NCBI GenBank assembly: GCA_951406725.2
Contig: OX597836.1
Location: forward strand, 48,980,001-49,044,000
Direction: 5' to 3'
Origin: Octopus vulgaris
Taxonomy: Eukaryota
Length of the DNA: 64,000 nt
Shown here: one piece after another, positions 40,488 to 55,099 of the stretch
How the letters are laid out: each line of letters begins with the position of its first letter
Numbering within the stretch: the stretch's first letter is position 1
The notes under the pieces: model-generated
The model's database searches: none
What the model was told of the DNA's origin: nothing
What the model saw: only the letters and a program-made list of their open reading frames with translations
Made by a program: the position numbers and the translations under genes

Positions 40488-43400
40488 ATGCTCAGAATAG
40501 GTAGTATAAATGTACGTGGCTTGGGGTCGCCTTGGAAACAAGGCTACCTGTTAAATGACATCAAGTCACTAAATCTGAATATCATAGCCATCAGTGAGAC
40601 CAGACTCCACAGCTTGCGGGCACTCCAGCACATTTTCGGTACACATTTCAACATTTATTTTTCTCCGTGTCTACCGAGAATGGGCGGAGGTGGCACCGCG
40701 GTGCTTATCCGGAAGAGTCTGGATCTCAAAGTAAGAGCAAATTTCCTAGACCCGGAGGGTAGGCTGGTCGTTTTGGATGTCGATGGCAGCAATGAGTGTG
40801 CTTTTCGACTGATAGCAGTTTATGCTCCGTCCTTAACAGGCCGACCAGATTTCTTTCGACGTCTAGAGTCTTTCATGGGAACGTCTCGTCCTTTACTTTT
40901 AGTGGGGGATTGGAATGCCACCCTGGACACGCATCTAGACTACGTGGGCAGAGATAGCAATAGAAGGGGATGCAAATGCCTCAAAGACCTGCTCAGACGT
41001 TTCCAACTGTCTGACAGGTACCGACTGGACCACCCGAATGTGCCAATGTGGACATGGAGTAACCGCATCGGGTCGTCCAGATCATACTTAGATAGAGTAT
41101 TCTGTAGGACAATAGATAAAAATAGTGTAGGTTGTCCACAATTTCATATAGTCAGTTACACAGATCACAAGTTTGTGACTTGTACACTTGACTTAGATAA
41201 GACACATAGGCAGGGTCCTGGTTACTGGAAACTGAACGCGTCTTTTACAGCACGACAGGTTTACAGGGACCGGATCAGCACATTAGTTAAGAGAGCTTTG
41301 ACGGGTACCATCATCAACAACAGATGGTGGTATTCCCTAAAAAAAGCGATTAAAGCAGAATCAGTCAGATACAGTAGAGCCCTAGCATTAGACCGAAATA
41401 GAGTAGAGGGAGAATTAGTTAAAGGTTTTAGAAGAGGCACTTAGAACTGGCATCGCGTCCAACGTACTGGCGGCGAGATTGGCCCTCGACCAACACCTCA
41501 ACGCCAAACACGAGGGATGCGTTGTCAGAGCTAGGATGCGTGCTCTGAGGAACGAAGGAGTTGGAGCCGCCCAAGAGGCCCGAGTGGTGGAGACGCAACG
41601 AGGCAACAGAGCCACCATCAAGTCTCTTATAGATGAACAGGGGCGCGAATTACTCGAGCCTAAAAGGATGTGTGGGGTTTTTCAACAACACTTCACCCAA
41701 CTGTTTGGGACAAGTGGTGAGTCAGAAAGCAGAGTGGACTTTAGTGCCTACCTGCATGCCTTGCCACGACTCTCAGCAAGGGAGGTGGAGTCTTGTGAAA
41801 AGCCTATCACAGCTGCGGACGTACAGGATGCGATGGTAGGCTGCGCGAGAGACAAGTCACCAGGCTTGGATGGTCTGCCCTACGAATTTTATTTTCATAT
41901 GCCAGACTTGTTTGGAGGCGTCTTGGCAGCTGTCTACTGCAACTGGCAGCAGAACGGGAGTATTCCTGCTTTTGTAAAGCGAGGAGCAGTGGCACTGATC
42001 AAGAAAGACCCAAACAAGGGGGACGTCATAGATAATTTCAGGCCCATCACTCTGCTCAACGCAGATTTGAAAATTTTGGCCAAGGTGTTAGCCGAGAGGT
42101 TGGCGCTTGTCATCAAGAAACTAATCGACAAGGCGCAAACATGCGCCGTGCCGGGTAGAAGTATTCATGACAACCTCCATCTGATGCGCTACATCATAGA
42201 CAGGGTAGTTAAAAATCCTGGCATGGGTGGGGCGCTGATCAATTTGGATCAATCAAAAGCCTTCGATAGGGTAGACCATCACTACTTGGAGGCTGTCCTC
42301 AAAGCGGCTGGTTTCGGTCCAGTTTTCCGCAGTTGGATCGCTGCCTTATACAGCGGCATCCGCTCAGTAGTTCGCGTAAATGGTCATCTATCCAGACCTT
42401 TTAACATCATGCGTTCGGTTCGTCAAGGATGCCCCCTCTCATCGCTGCTGTATGTACTGACTCTTGAGCCACTACTGCGGAAACTGGCGACGCTGAGGGG
42501 CATCCCACGAGAGCTGGGATGCGGGAGGAGCGTGTCTGCATACGCGGATGACGTCACCGTCATAGTGTCGAGCTACGAGCACATCGAGCTGGTCGGCGAG
42601 ACACTGAAAGAATACGAAGCGGTAACGGGAGCAAAAATTAACCGGGAAAAGTCAGTGGGCTTGCGGCTCGGCACCTGGAGAAGCAAGCCCATGCCGTCCA
42701 ACAGCGTCTCCATCGTGGGACGCTGGACGGACGGACCGGTTAAATTGCTCGGGGTCTGGTTCGGTCCGGACCTCCAAATGGAGAAGAACTGGGGCGAGAT
42801 AACGACTAGGGTGGCTACTCTCACCCAGAAATGGACTGAGAGAAAGCTATCCCTAAAAGGTCGGGCGGAGGTGGCGAACGCGTACATCGCATCCGTCATC
42901 GAGTACCGTCTGACCGTCGTGCCTTGTCCCGACCCTACCATCACCAAACTGGAACGCATACTCTTCCGCTTCTTGTGGAAGGGAAACGTTCCGATGGTCA
43001 GGCGATCCATTTGCTGCCAACACCCGCTAAATGGAGGGCTGGGCATGCCGTGGTTGATGATGCGCAGACATGCGCTGAGACTGCGACATCTCCGGCGCTT
43101 CATAGACAACGGTGAACAGGGGTGGTCGCCTTTTGTGCGGCGCGCTTTCCCGCAGCTCGTCTCCTTGGACGAACTACAGTCATGGATCAAGCAGAGACCG
43201 AGGCTAGGCGAATGGCACCGTGAGTGTCGCGTTGCTCTCAAGCAACTCTGCCGTCCGGGATCGAACTTGTGCGACTCCATCACAACAAAGGCATTCTATA
43301 GAGGATTAGTGGAGGGGAGGTGCGACGACGAACTCGGGCAGAGTCTGGGCGTCGACGAGGAACACCTGACCCGCCTGTTCAGGACAACTTTCGGGCCGGG

Positions 43401-43926
43401 ACCTATGAACAATCACCAAAGATCCCTGGCCTGGCAGTGCTATCGAGAAGCATTACCTGTTCGGGATAAGCTCTACAGACACGGTTCCAGACACACTGGA
43501 CCGACTTGCCCGAGATGCGGTCAGAGCGACGAAACCGTTCTGCACGCACTCGTGCAATGTCCAACCATTTCCGACCTGTGGGCTTATGCCGAACGGCTGC
43601 TGTCACGTGTGGGACGAATCCGCCTATCGGCCGAGTCTATCGTGAGAATTGCTCCGCCCCCTTCCCTCAACCGGGAAGGCAAGGCAGTTTTCATCGTACT
43701 GGTGGCCATGGTGAAAGAATGTGTGTGGTGGACTCGAGCGAAAGGATTAGAGACAAACACTTACCTCTCTGGCCATTCGCTCATCAACTTTTTCAAGTAC
43801 CACTTGAAAAGGAAGGTGAGAATGGAGAGGGAAGTTTTGTCTCGCGAAAGATTCAATAAAAGATGGGTGAATGTTGCAAAGATGGTGCGTGCTAGTAACG
43901 AAACCATTTTGAGCATGATCCTGTAG
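40488..43926 (+). CDS. ORF2 of copy 2 (EN-RT-CCHC), one +1 indel at ~41421-41423
   Basis: Protein matches copy 1 on both sides of GTTAAAGG (copy 1 has GTTAAGG). Confidence 0.85.
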
Positions 43927-44229
43927 ATCGTAAAAAAGAAAGAAAGAGAGCATTTTTGACCTCATGTGTTTATTTCCTCCCTGACTGGGGTTCCCGTGGT
44001 CTTTTCTGTAGGCTTTTCTTCCCACGGATGAACCCAATCTTGTTATATCAATGTTTACACCATTATTTCTGTGATACACGATTTTCTTTTTTTCCATTTT
44101 TTTTTTCCTCCTCTCGATCCCTTTTGATCGCAATCTTACATTTTTATTTTTTTCCACCCTCGAAAAGAAAAGCTCTGCATTTGTATTTGTCCCCTCTGTA
44201 TTCAGCCCTGTGTGGCTAATAAAAGAAAG

Positions 44230-44411
<182 letters not shown>

Positions 44412-44806
44412 ATCTGTCTATGTGTTTGTCCGTCTGTCTGTCTCCACACACATTTCTGTGTGTGTGTGGAGGGGGGATATTGATGGTAGATGTGACGGCA
44501 GTGTTGCAGTTTCACCCGGAGGCCAGCTCCCGTCCAGCCGGCCTCTGATCAAAGGCATTCCATAAATGACCAGCCTCTCTTCTTTTTTCAGACCCCACTT
44601 AAAAGTAGTATATCTTATATAAACTTTATGACAGTGAATGTTTTTTTGAAGGTGATTTGGCTGCTACTTCTAGCAGGTCGAGGTATCACGAAGCCGGGTG
44701 AGGATGGGGAAGTACTTGTTCATGTTGGCATGGAGGTGGTGGAGGTGGTGCAGTTCAACGCATGCATGTATGTATGTATGTATGTATGTGTGTATGTATG
44801 TATGTG

Positions 44807-44837
<31 letters not shown>

Positions 44838-45040
44838 AATGATATTTGTTGATGTGTAATCATGAAGTGGCAGCGGTGGTGGAATTGTTGTGGTTGATAA
44901 ATAAAAGGAGCGAGTGTGTGTGGGTGGGTGGAGGGGTGTGCGCCTCTGCTGGAGCTTGTGACTGGTCTGTATGAGTGTGTGTGTATGCGTATGTGCGTAT
45001 CACACACACACACACACACAAACATATATATATATATACG

Positions 45041-45071
<31 letters not shown>

Positions 45072-45158
45072 ATGTGTCTATATCTATACACACATACATA
45101 TATGTAAGTGTCTGTGTATACCTATATATATATACATATATATATATATATACATATA

Positions 45159-45244
<86 letters not shown>

Positions 45245-46018
45245 CACTCTCACACACTGACACAAACATATAAAGTATGTGTACTTCTCTCTCCTTCTCT
45301 GTGTGTGTATGTTATATACACACACATATATATTTGTGTCTGTGTGCGTGTGTGTGTGGTAGCAATGTAGAAAGGAAATATGTGCGTATACGCATCTATA
45401 TATACATGTCCGTATGTACATATGTGCGTATGTATGTGTGTGTGTGTGTGTGTATGAGTTGAGGTAGAAGGAAGGATGTGTAAGTGTTAGATTGAGTGAA
45501 GTCGTAGATGTAAGAGGGAGGGGTGTTGGAGGAGCGGAGGGGGGCGGAGCGTTAGAGAGGGGGTCAACAGTGCGGTTAGTAGGTTGAGAATCTGCTGGGG
45601 CAGGTGAATGTTAGGTCATTCGGCTTCTTTAGTATCATTATTATTATTATTATTATTATTATTTGTTTTTGTTGTTGTTTTGTGGTTTTTGTGGTTTTTT
45701 GCTAAACGTTGTTCATTTTTGATGTTGGTTTGCTTTTCGGTTTCATATTTCTTTTGTTTATTGTTTTTCTTTTTTCTTTTTTTGAGTTTTTTCTTTTTTT
45801 GTTTATTCCTCTCCTTTACGTATAAACAACACACCGCCACCATCCGCCGTGCCCCACCCCCCACATCCCATCATCCTCTAGTCTAAACTATATAACTATA
45901 TCACTGTCAGTAACAACTCCAGCACAACCACCACCATCACCACCACCACCACCACCACCTCCACTGCTATAGCCTTATCAACACCGTCATCATCATCATC
46001 ATCACCATCACCAACATT

Positions 46019-46067
<49 letters not shown>

Positions 46068-46127
46068 CTGTCATCGCTACGATTAACTAATTACCACAAC
46101 ACTATCGTAATACTGCTGCTGCTGCTG

Positions 46128-46202
<75 letters not shown>

Positions 46203-46365
46203 TTGCTACTGTCAATAGTAATATTGCTATATTCACTAGTAAACCATATAAGCACGTGCTAAAGGCACTCAGGGAGGAAGGAGAGGGGGGAGCCTGAAAT
46301 TTTGTGGGGTTTTTATCTAATTTTTCCGGAGCCGGATTTACCATTATTACAAAAGGAGAATTATT

Positions 46366-46417
<52 letters not shown>

Positions 46418-46469
46418 TGTTTATACATCCATATACGTACATAGATAAAACGTACAATGATCTACATGC

Positions 46470-46850
46470 GCATATTTGGCCATGTAGTTAAGAAATTCTA
46501 TCGGCAACCGCATGCTTTCGTGTTCGGTTCCCCTGCGTGGCATTTTCACCAAGTATCTTCTAGTAAAGCCTCCGACCGATCAAAGTCTACTCAGTGCATT
46601 TGATTGACGGAAACTGAAAGAAGCCCGTCATATATACATATCATCAACATCATTTAACGTTCCTTTTTTCCATATGTGTATGTGTGTGTGTGTGTGTGTT
46701 TGTCTCCTAGCACCGCTTGATAACGAGTGTTGGTGTGTTTACGTCACCGCAACGTAGCGGTTCGGCGAAAGAGACTGATAGAATAAGTACTAGTTAAAAA
46801 AAAAAATAGAGTGCATTTGTTGAACTAAACATAACTGAAATAAGTAAATG
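46470..46850 (+). mobile_element. SINE family A, degenerate
   Basis: GACGGAAACTGAAAGAAGCCCGTC, TAGCGGTTCGGCGAAAGAGAC. Confidence 0.7.
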
Positions 46851-47059
46851 ATAGCTTGTGTGTGTGTGTGTGTGTTGCGTTGATTCTGATCATGTTAACG
46901 ATACACGTGATTATACGTTTCTTTTATTGAATTTTCTTCTTTCCTTTTCATTTATTGCTTCGATTTACAGAGTCCTCAATATTGGTATTCAACTAGTAAA
47001 CTCTCAATACTCGTATGCAGAGCTATTTCGATTTACTTGAATCTCATCAGTGCAATGGA

Positions 47060-47260
47060 CTTCTTAATTATTCCATTGAAGAAGACAAATGCAAGAACTT
47101 AGCTTATAAAGCCCTCGTCAATGGGTGGCACAGAGCTTCATTCCTAATTGAAGTTGGCAAACTCTGTTCCCAGCAAACTCTCTGCGCTGTTTTTCTGCAG
47201 AAGATTGGTTTGGAACAGAAGAAAGCCGCCAAAAATACAGTCATGGCAGCTATCTAGATA
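47060..47260 (+). mobile_element. Possible RLE-type (HERO/R2-group) LINE C-terminal fragment
   Basis: 'KCKNLAYKALVNGWHRASFLIEVG' resembles KY..L......GW.....PIEVG. Confidence 0.4.
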
Positions 47261-47989
47261 TTTAAAGGTTAATTTTCACAGACCGAACAAATATTTCTTG
47301 CCAGTGCCATTGCTGAAGAGCGCTTACAACATGTAAGACCTGATATGGCTGAGATCTAAACTCGTTTTAAAAGGGTAAAAATCGATACCAATTTAATCAC
47401 CAAGATTTAAAGCAATCTGCAAAGAAAGAAAAGCAACAACAACAAAAGATTAGTTCAAAATGGCTGTGGTTCACTAAAGACTACAGAGGAACTCTTCTGT
47501 AAGCTAAGGTTAATTCGGTCCTTGTTGTGCCACACAGATTACGCGTACAGGCAAGGTGAAACACTTGTGACCACGAATAATCAACGGAAAATAAAGGTTT
47601 TCCAAAACTGTTACAGCTGCAGTGACCATCAAGAAAAGGACATACAATAGCTTTAAGCAGATCCTCTACTTCCGGCGTGGGGCGGCGAAGCATCTCTAAA
47701 CTATATACCACCTTTCACTTTCACTAATTTCCTCTTTTAATTATATTAATTACATTTTAACATTATATTAATTACATATAAAAATTTGATTTTGCTTCTT
47801 GATAAACTCATGTTTATCCTTGCCTTTACCTGTAACTTATGAGCATAAATAGGCTTGCATATGCATGCACATGGCTTAACATAGGTAAAATACCGGTAGC
47901 ATAAAGGATACTTCTAACCCTTAGACGGTTATTTTAACCTCTAACTCAATTAACCTATTAATTACATATTTTTAAAAATTATATTTGAT

Positions 47990-48130
47990 TATAAACATTA
48001 TTTACATTTGACGGATATTCGTCCTCATCTTGTTTGTTGTTAACAAAACGCTTCGGTTGATGTACCCTCCAGCCTTCATCAGGTGTCTTAGGGAAATTTC
48101 GAACCTGGGTTCTCATTCCTAAGGTATTTT
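47990..48130 (-). mobile_element. Penelope-like pLTR fragment with hammerhead-like motif (48042-48087)
   Basis: Minus strand GACAC-CTGATGA-A-GGCTGG...TCAACC-GAAG-CGTT-TTGTT; homologous to 12598-12745. Confidence 0.65.
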
Positions 48131-48674
48131 TCAAGTGGTAGCAGTGGTGGTTGTGGTGGTGGCAGCAGCAGCAGCAGCAGCGGCAGTAGTAGTAGTTGTA
48201 GTAGTAGTGGTAGTAGTAGTAGTAGTAGTAGTATGTTTGGTGGAATCTCTCCATTGTTGAAGAAACGAGATGAGATATTTGTTCGGACCCTTATTTATAA
48301 CCGGGAGGGGCTTTGATCATATCTGCCAGGGTGTCCATCTTTATTCTTGTTTAACCCTGCGTGATTTTGGCCCCGAGTATCTTTTGATTAAGAAGCACAT
48401 TTGATCAAGTGTATTCTGAGATACACTAAGCCTGAAAAACGGTGATTAAGGCATCGTTTTTGCAAGATCTACAACACTATCCAATCTGTCTGACGACAGA
48501 GTGTGATTTCAGGGGAATTTAGCTGCTATTTTAAGTAGGTTTTTCCAGTGTGGTAGGTAATAGAATCGGTAGAGCATCGAATAAAATATCCCGTGGGGTG
48601 CGTCCTTTGAAATCCTGACTTCAAACGATTCCTCTTTTGGCAGTTATCGTTGTTGTTGTTGTGGATAATGATGT

Positions 48675-48890
48675 TTATCTTTTACGTTTTACTTGTTCAC
48701 TCGTTGCACTGCGGCCATACTGGAGCACCGCCTTGACGGATTCTAGCCAAACAAGTCGACTCCAGTATTCTTTAAGGCCTGGTACCTTATTCTATCGCTC
48801 TCTTATGCTAAAACACTTGGTTGCGGGGACGCAAACAAACTAGCACCGGTTGTCAAGCGTTGGTGGTGGACACAACATAAACACAAAGGC
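48675..48890 (-). mobile_element. SINE family A, 3' half
   Basis: CTGCGGCCATACTGGAGCACCGCC...TTATTCTATCG...GGTTGTCAAGCG. Confidence 0.65.
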
Positions 48891-48980
48891 ACACGCTCTC
48901 ACACCACACACACGGAGTCAATTCAAATAAACGAATAAAAACGGACAACGTGAGGATGTGCCTAAGAAATGTATCAGTTT

Positions 48981-49069
48981 GACGCTCGGCTTTTGACGCT
49001 CGGCTTTTGACGTTCGGCTTTTGACGCTCGGCTTTTGACGCTCGGCTTTTGACGCTCGGCTTTTGACGC
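48981..49069. repeat. 14-bp minisatellite (GACGCTCGGCTTTT) x ~6.4
   Basis: Six full units (one with C>T) plus a partial unit. Confidence 0.95.
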
Positions 49070-49338
49070 AGGGCAGTTTCAAGAGGAAGATTAAAAGACT
49101 TTTTTTTTATGTGGAAAAGAGAAAACAACTTTTAAAGAAAAGAACAAAAGACTCTGCATCTATTTGCGATGGATGCATAAATGTCATTTGAGTCCAGGGA
49201 TGGAATTTGCTATGAAGGTGCAATGGGGACATTGGTGATTTTGATTTGTCTGGGATTGGGCTTAATGGGTCTGTTGATTGCAGGGTATAAGTTTTTCTTC
49301 AACTCAAATTGCTTTGATGCATCTTGACACATTTTATG

Positions 49339-50129
49339 CCTAAAATGTTCATATCGCACCATGAGATAAGACAGAGAGACAAAATAAAGCAGCAAAAAGA
49401 TATTACTGGATAATTCAAGATCCTGGATTTCTAGCTTTGCTTCAAATAAGCTCTGCTTTCGTCAGTTGAATATACCACATTAGCACATAAATACAAGTAT
49501 ATATATATACAGAAAACACGTTATACTTACATATACGAACGTATATTTTTGCTGGTTTATTTTGTCTCTCTGTCTTATCTCATGATGCGATATGAACATT
49601 TTAGGTAGTTTTTAGAGTCAGGGTTTCACTGCTATTTCGGCATGGTGGTGCCTCTCAGATACCCTTATTTATAGTTGTAAAAAATTATTACCTTTGTATG
49701 GTATTTATTCCCATGCTGGCCACTTGATAAGATCGATAATTAAATATCGATATTATCCTTATTTATAAATTTATATAATTCGTCACTAAATTCACTGCGG
49801 TGTTTATTTTGACCAGATCGCGCTTACGAGGTAGTTGGCGGGCAATTTAAATCTGGCCTTGTACATACGTGCATATATATGTATGTATGGACGTTCGTAT
49901 ATGTAAGTATAACGTGTTTTCTGTATATATATATACTTGTATTTATGTGCTAATGTGGTATTTTCAACTGACGAAAGCAGAGCTTATTTGAAGCAAAGCT
50001 AGAAACCCAGGATCTTGAATTATCCAGTAATATCTTTTTATCTTTTTGCTAGTTTATTTTGTCTCTCTGTCTTCTCTCCTGGTGCGATATGAACATTTTA
50101 GGTGGTTTTTAGAGTCAGGGTTTGACTGC

Positions 50130-50130
<1 letters not shown>
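49339..50130. mobile_element. Inverted plus partial direct repeat structure with two hammerhead-like motifs (probable non-autonomous Penelope-like element)
   Basis: 49339-49542 is inverted at 49891-50102; 49546-49633 is repeated directly at 50044-50130. Motifs at 49413-49471 (-) and 49963-50019 (+). Confidence 0.75.
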
Positions 50131-50202
<72 letters not shown>

Positions 50203-50497
50203 CATACATACATACATACATACATACATACATACATACATACATACATACATACATACATACACGTATATATATTGTAAGATACAAACAAGTTGTTAAT
50301 TTATTTTCAAACACAGAAACGCCGTTAGAACGGCAGAAATATTGAGTAAACTAGCGTTGCAAAGTGGGGAAATTCCTGTTGTTCTAACGGCGTTTCTGCG
50401 TTTGAAAATAGATTAACATCTTATTTGTATCTTACAATACGCATTTCAACGCTTATAAAAAAATAAGCAAATCTTAGTTTATTTATATTTATACACA

Positions 50498-50534
<37 letters not shown>

Positions 50535-51656
50535 TCATCATCATCATTATCATCATCATCATTAGCAGCTGTAACAACTAACTCCAAGGTTCCACCTGGA
50601 TATTTGAGGAAGTCTATTTACTCTACATTCTTAGTGCTTATTGTGTCTGCACAAGGACTACTTTCTCTGTTCATCTTCCTGCGAAGCCACGACACCTTTT
50701 ACATGTCCACAGCTTGGGTACACTGGATGGAATTTCTAGCCACACCTTTTCTACGTATCCTTGAAGGAACTGTACTTCGGTCTTTGTTAATCTAATTCCA
50801 AGGTCCTTATGTTCCAGTCCTTGCCCCCATCCCTGAAATTTCTTCTTTAGCTTCAGTAGAGATTCGCCTATAAGAATAAGGTTATCGACAAGAGGAGCTC
50901 CCAGGGCAGCCCCCCCTCTCTCTCTCTTTCTCTCTCTGTCTGTCTGTCTGTCTCTGTCTGTCTCTTTCTGTCTGTGTGTCTGTCTCTGTCTCTCTCTTTC
51001 TGTCTATCTGGCTCTCTCTCTCTTTCTCTCTCTGTCTGTCTGTCTCTATCTCTCTCTTTCTGTCTGTCTGTCTCTGTTTCTCTCTTTCTGTCTGTCTGGC
51101 TCTCTCTCTCTCTCTCTCTTTCTGTCTGTCTGTCTGTCTCTCTTTCTGTCTCTCTCTCTATGATTGACTGAAGCTTTCGACGGCACTGCTCCATCATGGG
51201 CGCAGTTCATTAGTTGAAACCATTAAAAGAATACGTTCTCCAGCCTTTCCCACCGGAAATCCCTTCGAAATTATCTCCCCTACGTACAGGAAAATGACAA
51301 AATGATAATAGTTAGTCAGCGACATTTTTTTTGTTATTTTCTCATCGCTTATTTGACTCAAGTTTTCAAGCTGCATGCATGAGTCTGTTCACTGGCAGAG
51401 TCCTTCACTGAGAGGGACTACAAAGCCAATGTCTGCCACTCCTTTTTCTGACGGATTAATAATTAAATGTTTGGAAGAGGAGGAGAACAGCAAAGTAAAA
51501 TAAATTATAAAAAACACGATACGGTAGTAATAGTAGTATAATAGGGTTAGACTTGCTGAAATCAAGCCATTTACTCAATCTCTGAGATTGAAGGCTAAAA
51601 TTAAAATCACCTTCTTCAAGTGTCACCGGAAATCAGAAGATGCAGCAAGAGATAGC

Positions 51657-51687
<31 letters not shown>

Positions 51688-52009
51688 GAAGACGGGAATG
51701 AGAGAGAGAGAGGAAGAAGGAAAGGAAAGATTGTTTGTTGCTAAAGACTATGAAAACTGTGTGAAAATGGCGGTGGCGCGTGGGTTTTCTTTAATGGCGT
51801 AAAAGAGAGGGAGAGGTACAATACTCTCAGACCTTTTGTGGGTCCCTTCAAAACTGAGTAATGCGTTGATATTCAGCTAAAACATATGTAAGCGGTGAGC
51901 TGAAAGGAATAATACATACATATACATAGGCATCCATCCATCCATCCATCCATCCATCCATACATACATACATACATACATACATACATACATACATACA
52001 AGAGTCTGC

Positions 52010-52590
52010 GAAGATCATGGAGTTCCAAGAAGGAACCGAAAATATAGTTTTTGTCGTATTTCAGCCATGCGATTAGCAGCTGCCTAAAAATGTCATCGAG
52101 GTGCTCCCTACCTATGCGACACGACATTGTCGCAAAAACAATATGCAATGCCATCCGGAAAAAGGACTGCCATGAAATAAATGGAGAGAATCTTCTTGAT
52201 ATTGAAGATGTACACAAATATCAGTTCAAGGAATTCTGGTGGAACATTCCCAACAAAACATCTGTCAAGTGTAAGCCTAACAGGCCGGACATCGTTGTTT
52301 GGGACAGATAAGAGAAAGTATGGACCGTCATAGAGGTCAGCTGTCTTGTTGATGTGAATATCTCTTTGAAAAATCAAAGAGAAAAAGGATAATTAGGGAC
52401 AGCTTCCCCGAAACCTCCGACTTCTATATCCAGATTATAAATTCACATTTGGCTTTATGAGTGACAATCTGGATAAGCTTGGATAAGTAACAGTCGAGAT
52501 AAGCTTGGATTTTCAGAGAAAGAAATCAACCAACTGATTTGCCCATTACAGATACAGTCTGTAAGCGGAACAGTAAAGGTACGCAAAACA
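52010..52590 (+). mobile_element. Decayed R4-type non-LTR RLE endonuclease fragment
   Basis: 'HAISSCLKM..MRHDIVAK', 'WWNIP..KPNRPDIVVWD', 'VIEVSCLVDVN'. Confidence 0.8.
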
Positions 52591-52739
52591 TACACACATA
52601 CACACAATAATTAATGTAACGAACAATATAGAAATTCTACTGTGTGTATATGTGAGTGTGTGTGTGAGAGAGAGAAAGAGAGTGAATGAGTGTGTGTGTG
52701 TGTGTGTGATTGAGAGAGCATATGTGTGCGTGTATGTGT

Positions 52740-52950
52740 ATATGTCTTTATGTTTGTGCTTATACCCCGCCTCTTAAAAACCGGTGTTCATTTATTTACG
52801 TTCTCGTAACCAAGCGGCTCAGTAAAAGGGGCCTATAGAATAAGTTCCAGGCATAAAACCCTAAATAGCGGGGGTTGATTTGTTAAACCCTTCAAAGCGG
52901 TGCTCCAGCATAGTAGCAGTCCAATAACTGAAGCAAATAAAAGAACAAAA
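52740..52950 (+). mobile_element. SINE family A, 3' half, degenerate
   Basis: GCGGTGCTCCAGCATAG...ACTGAAGCAAATAAAAG. Confidence 0.6.
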
Positions 52951-53249
52951 GGGAGAAGGGATGACTGACATGCTGCTGATTGACTGGGTATTCCAACCGT
53001 GACAATCATGTTTTACTGAGTTTTAGAGAATTTAGGGCTGTCATATTTGATGAGTGCCCTTCTATTTGAGATTTGGTTGGTATTTCTAGCAGACGATGCG
53101 ACCACCTGAAGGGTCCCACAACGGTGGTGATGTGGGGTGTGTGATACTGGCGGTGATCGATAGTTCGAATATATTGATCTTCCCTAAGTGTTGGACAAGT
53201 TTCGCTTGTTTAATTTTAGATTAATTGTTCCATCCATCCATCCTTCCAA

Positions 53250-53273
53250 CTATCTATCTATCTCTCCCTCTAC

Positions 53274-53350
<77 letters not shown>

Positions 53351-53388
53351 GGTCTGTCTGTTTGTCTGTCTGTGTGTCTGTCTTTCAA

Positions 53389-53437
<49 letters not shown>

Positions 53438-53448
53438 GTATCTGTCTG

Positions 53449-53519
<71 letters not shown>

Positions 53520-53526
53520 ATCTATC

Positions 53527-53593
<67 letters not shown>
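53250..53593. repeat. Compound (TATC)n/(TGTC)n/(TTTC)n microsatellite
   Basis: Direct inspection. Confidence 0.95.
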
Positions 53594-53594
<1 letters not shown>

Positions 53595-55099
53595 AGTTAA
53601 CCTTCTACTCCACAGGAAACTTGTATTAATTATTTGTGACGTTTCCATGGATCATTCTTTTTTTGTGTTTGATTTTGTTAACAGTGGATCCTTAACTGTT
53701 TATACCTGTTAAGCTAGCGGTTTAACCTTCCAAAACTGGGTAAACTCAACAGAAATACACCTACTAATTAAGGTAGTTTCATCGATATATATCCCGTAGG
53801 ACTCACTCACTTTGCCAACGACACGCGTAGCCAATAGAATCATCACATCTAAAACTTGCATCTAAATGACTTTTGGGTGTTTTTGCTTTCGACATCATTT
53901 ACATATTCACTCTTAGAGAAATCTTAACAGGACACATCAAGCTTCATGAAATATATCTGGGATTTGAAAAAATAAATTGACCCCTCATATTTTAAACCGG
54001 GAAATATTTGATTTCAACCAGGTTCTGATTCTGAGGCTGGACGTGAAATAACCCTATAATATGTGCAATACGGAGAGTTAAAAAATATAACTCGTTAGAG
54101 GCCGAAACTTACATTGCCACGCGAAAAGGGCCCCTTCCTCTCTTTTAGGATCTGTATACAAGGGTCAACCAATTAATTCCTCCCGTCCTTCGCACTATCT
54201 TTTCCATTGTTTTATTGTTTCTCGCCTTCTCTTTCTCTCCTCACTTTCGGCATTAACAAGATCCATTAAACGAACGGATGACACGTTGCTTTCTGTTTTT
54301 CTCTCTGTTACTTACTTCAGAGCTCCAAGCATCTATTCTTATTTAGCCATTCTTATATATATTCTATGTTAATTTATCCCATTCAGCCCCACACTTTTAT
54401 AGTCTAGCTTTCTCTTTATACATACTTCCACTCAGGTTTCGGGTAAGCTTTTATATTCATTCCTATATAAACATATAAAATTCAAAGTTCTTTCTTTCTC
54501 TCTCTCTCTCTCCCTCTCTCTCTGTATGTACGTACGTACGTATGTATGCATGTATGTATAGATATATATTAGCTCTTTTGCTTGAATTCATTTATATTAT
54601 ATGTTATATTTTTTATTTTTACTTTTGCTTTATTTAATTAAATATTTATTTTAGATGATTTCATTACAATTTCTTTCCTCTTCCCTCAACTCACGACACC
54701 TACAAAGCTTACAATTCATAATCACTTTATACTAATGTAATATTTGATAGATAAATGTAATATAATATTTATGTCTTATTTCATTTAAATGTCGCTTCCC
54801 TCCGCCCTGTCCCCTCTCCTCAAAATAACACAATACACATGTACATCATCTTTTTATCGCCGACATTATTTAATTTAATTATTATCTCTTACGGCTTCAC
54901 TCTCCCTTCTCTGATGCATCTCGATGCTGCTCCTTGGCCAACCAGATTCCAAGAGACAAATTATATCAAATTCTACAGGTTTTATTGTCGCTTCTATTTA
55001 CCCAAGTCTTTACTTGTTACTGTATTTACTTTTATAATTTATTACAACCATTTATACAGGTATGTGATAAGAAACTCGCTTTGTAACCAGGTGGAAAAA

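Noticed and set aside
48981-49069. CRISPR-like array
   Set aside because: Contiguous 14-bp units with no spacers, in a eukaryotic context.
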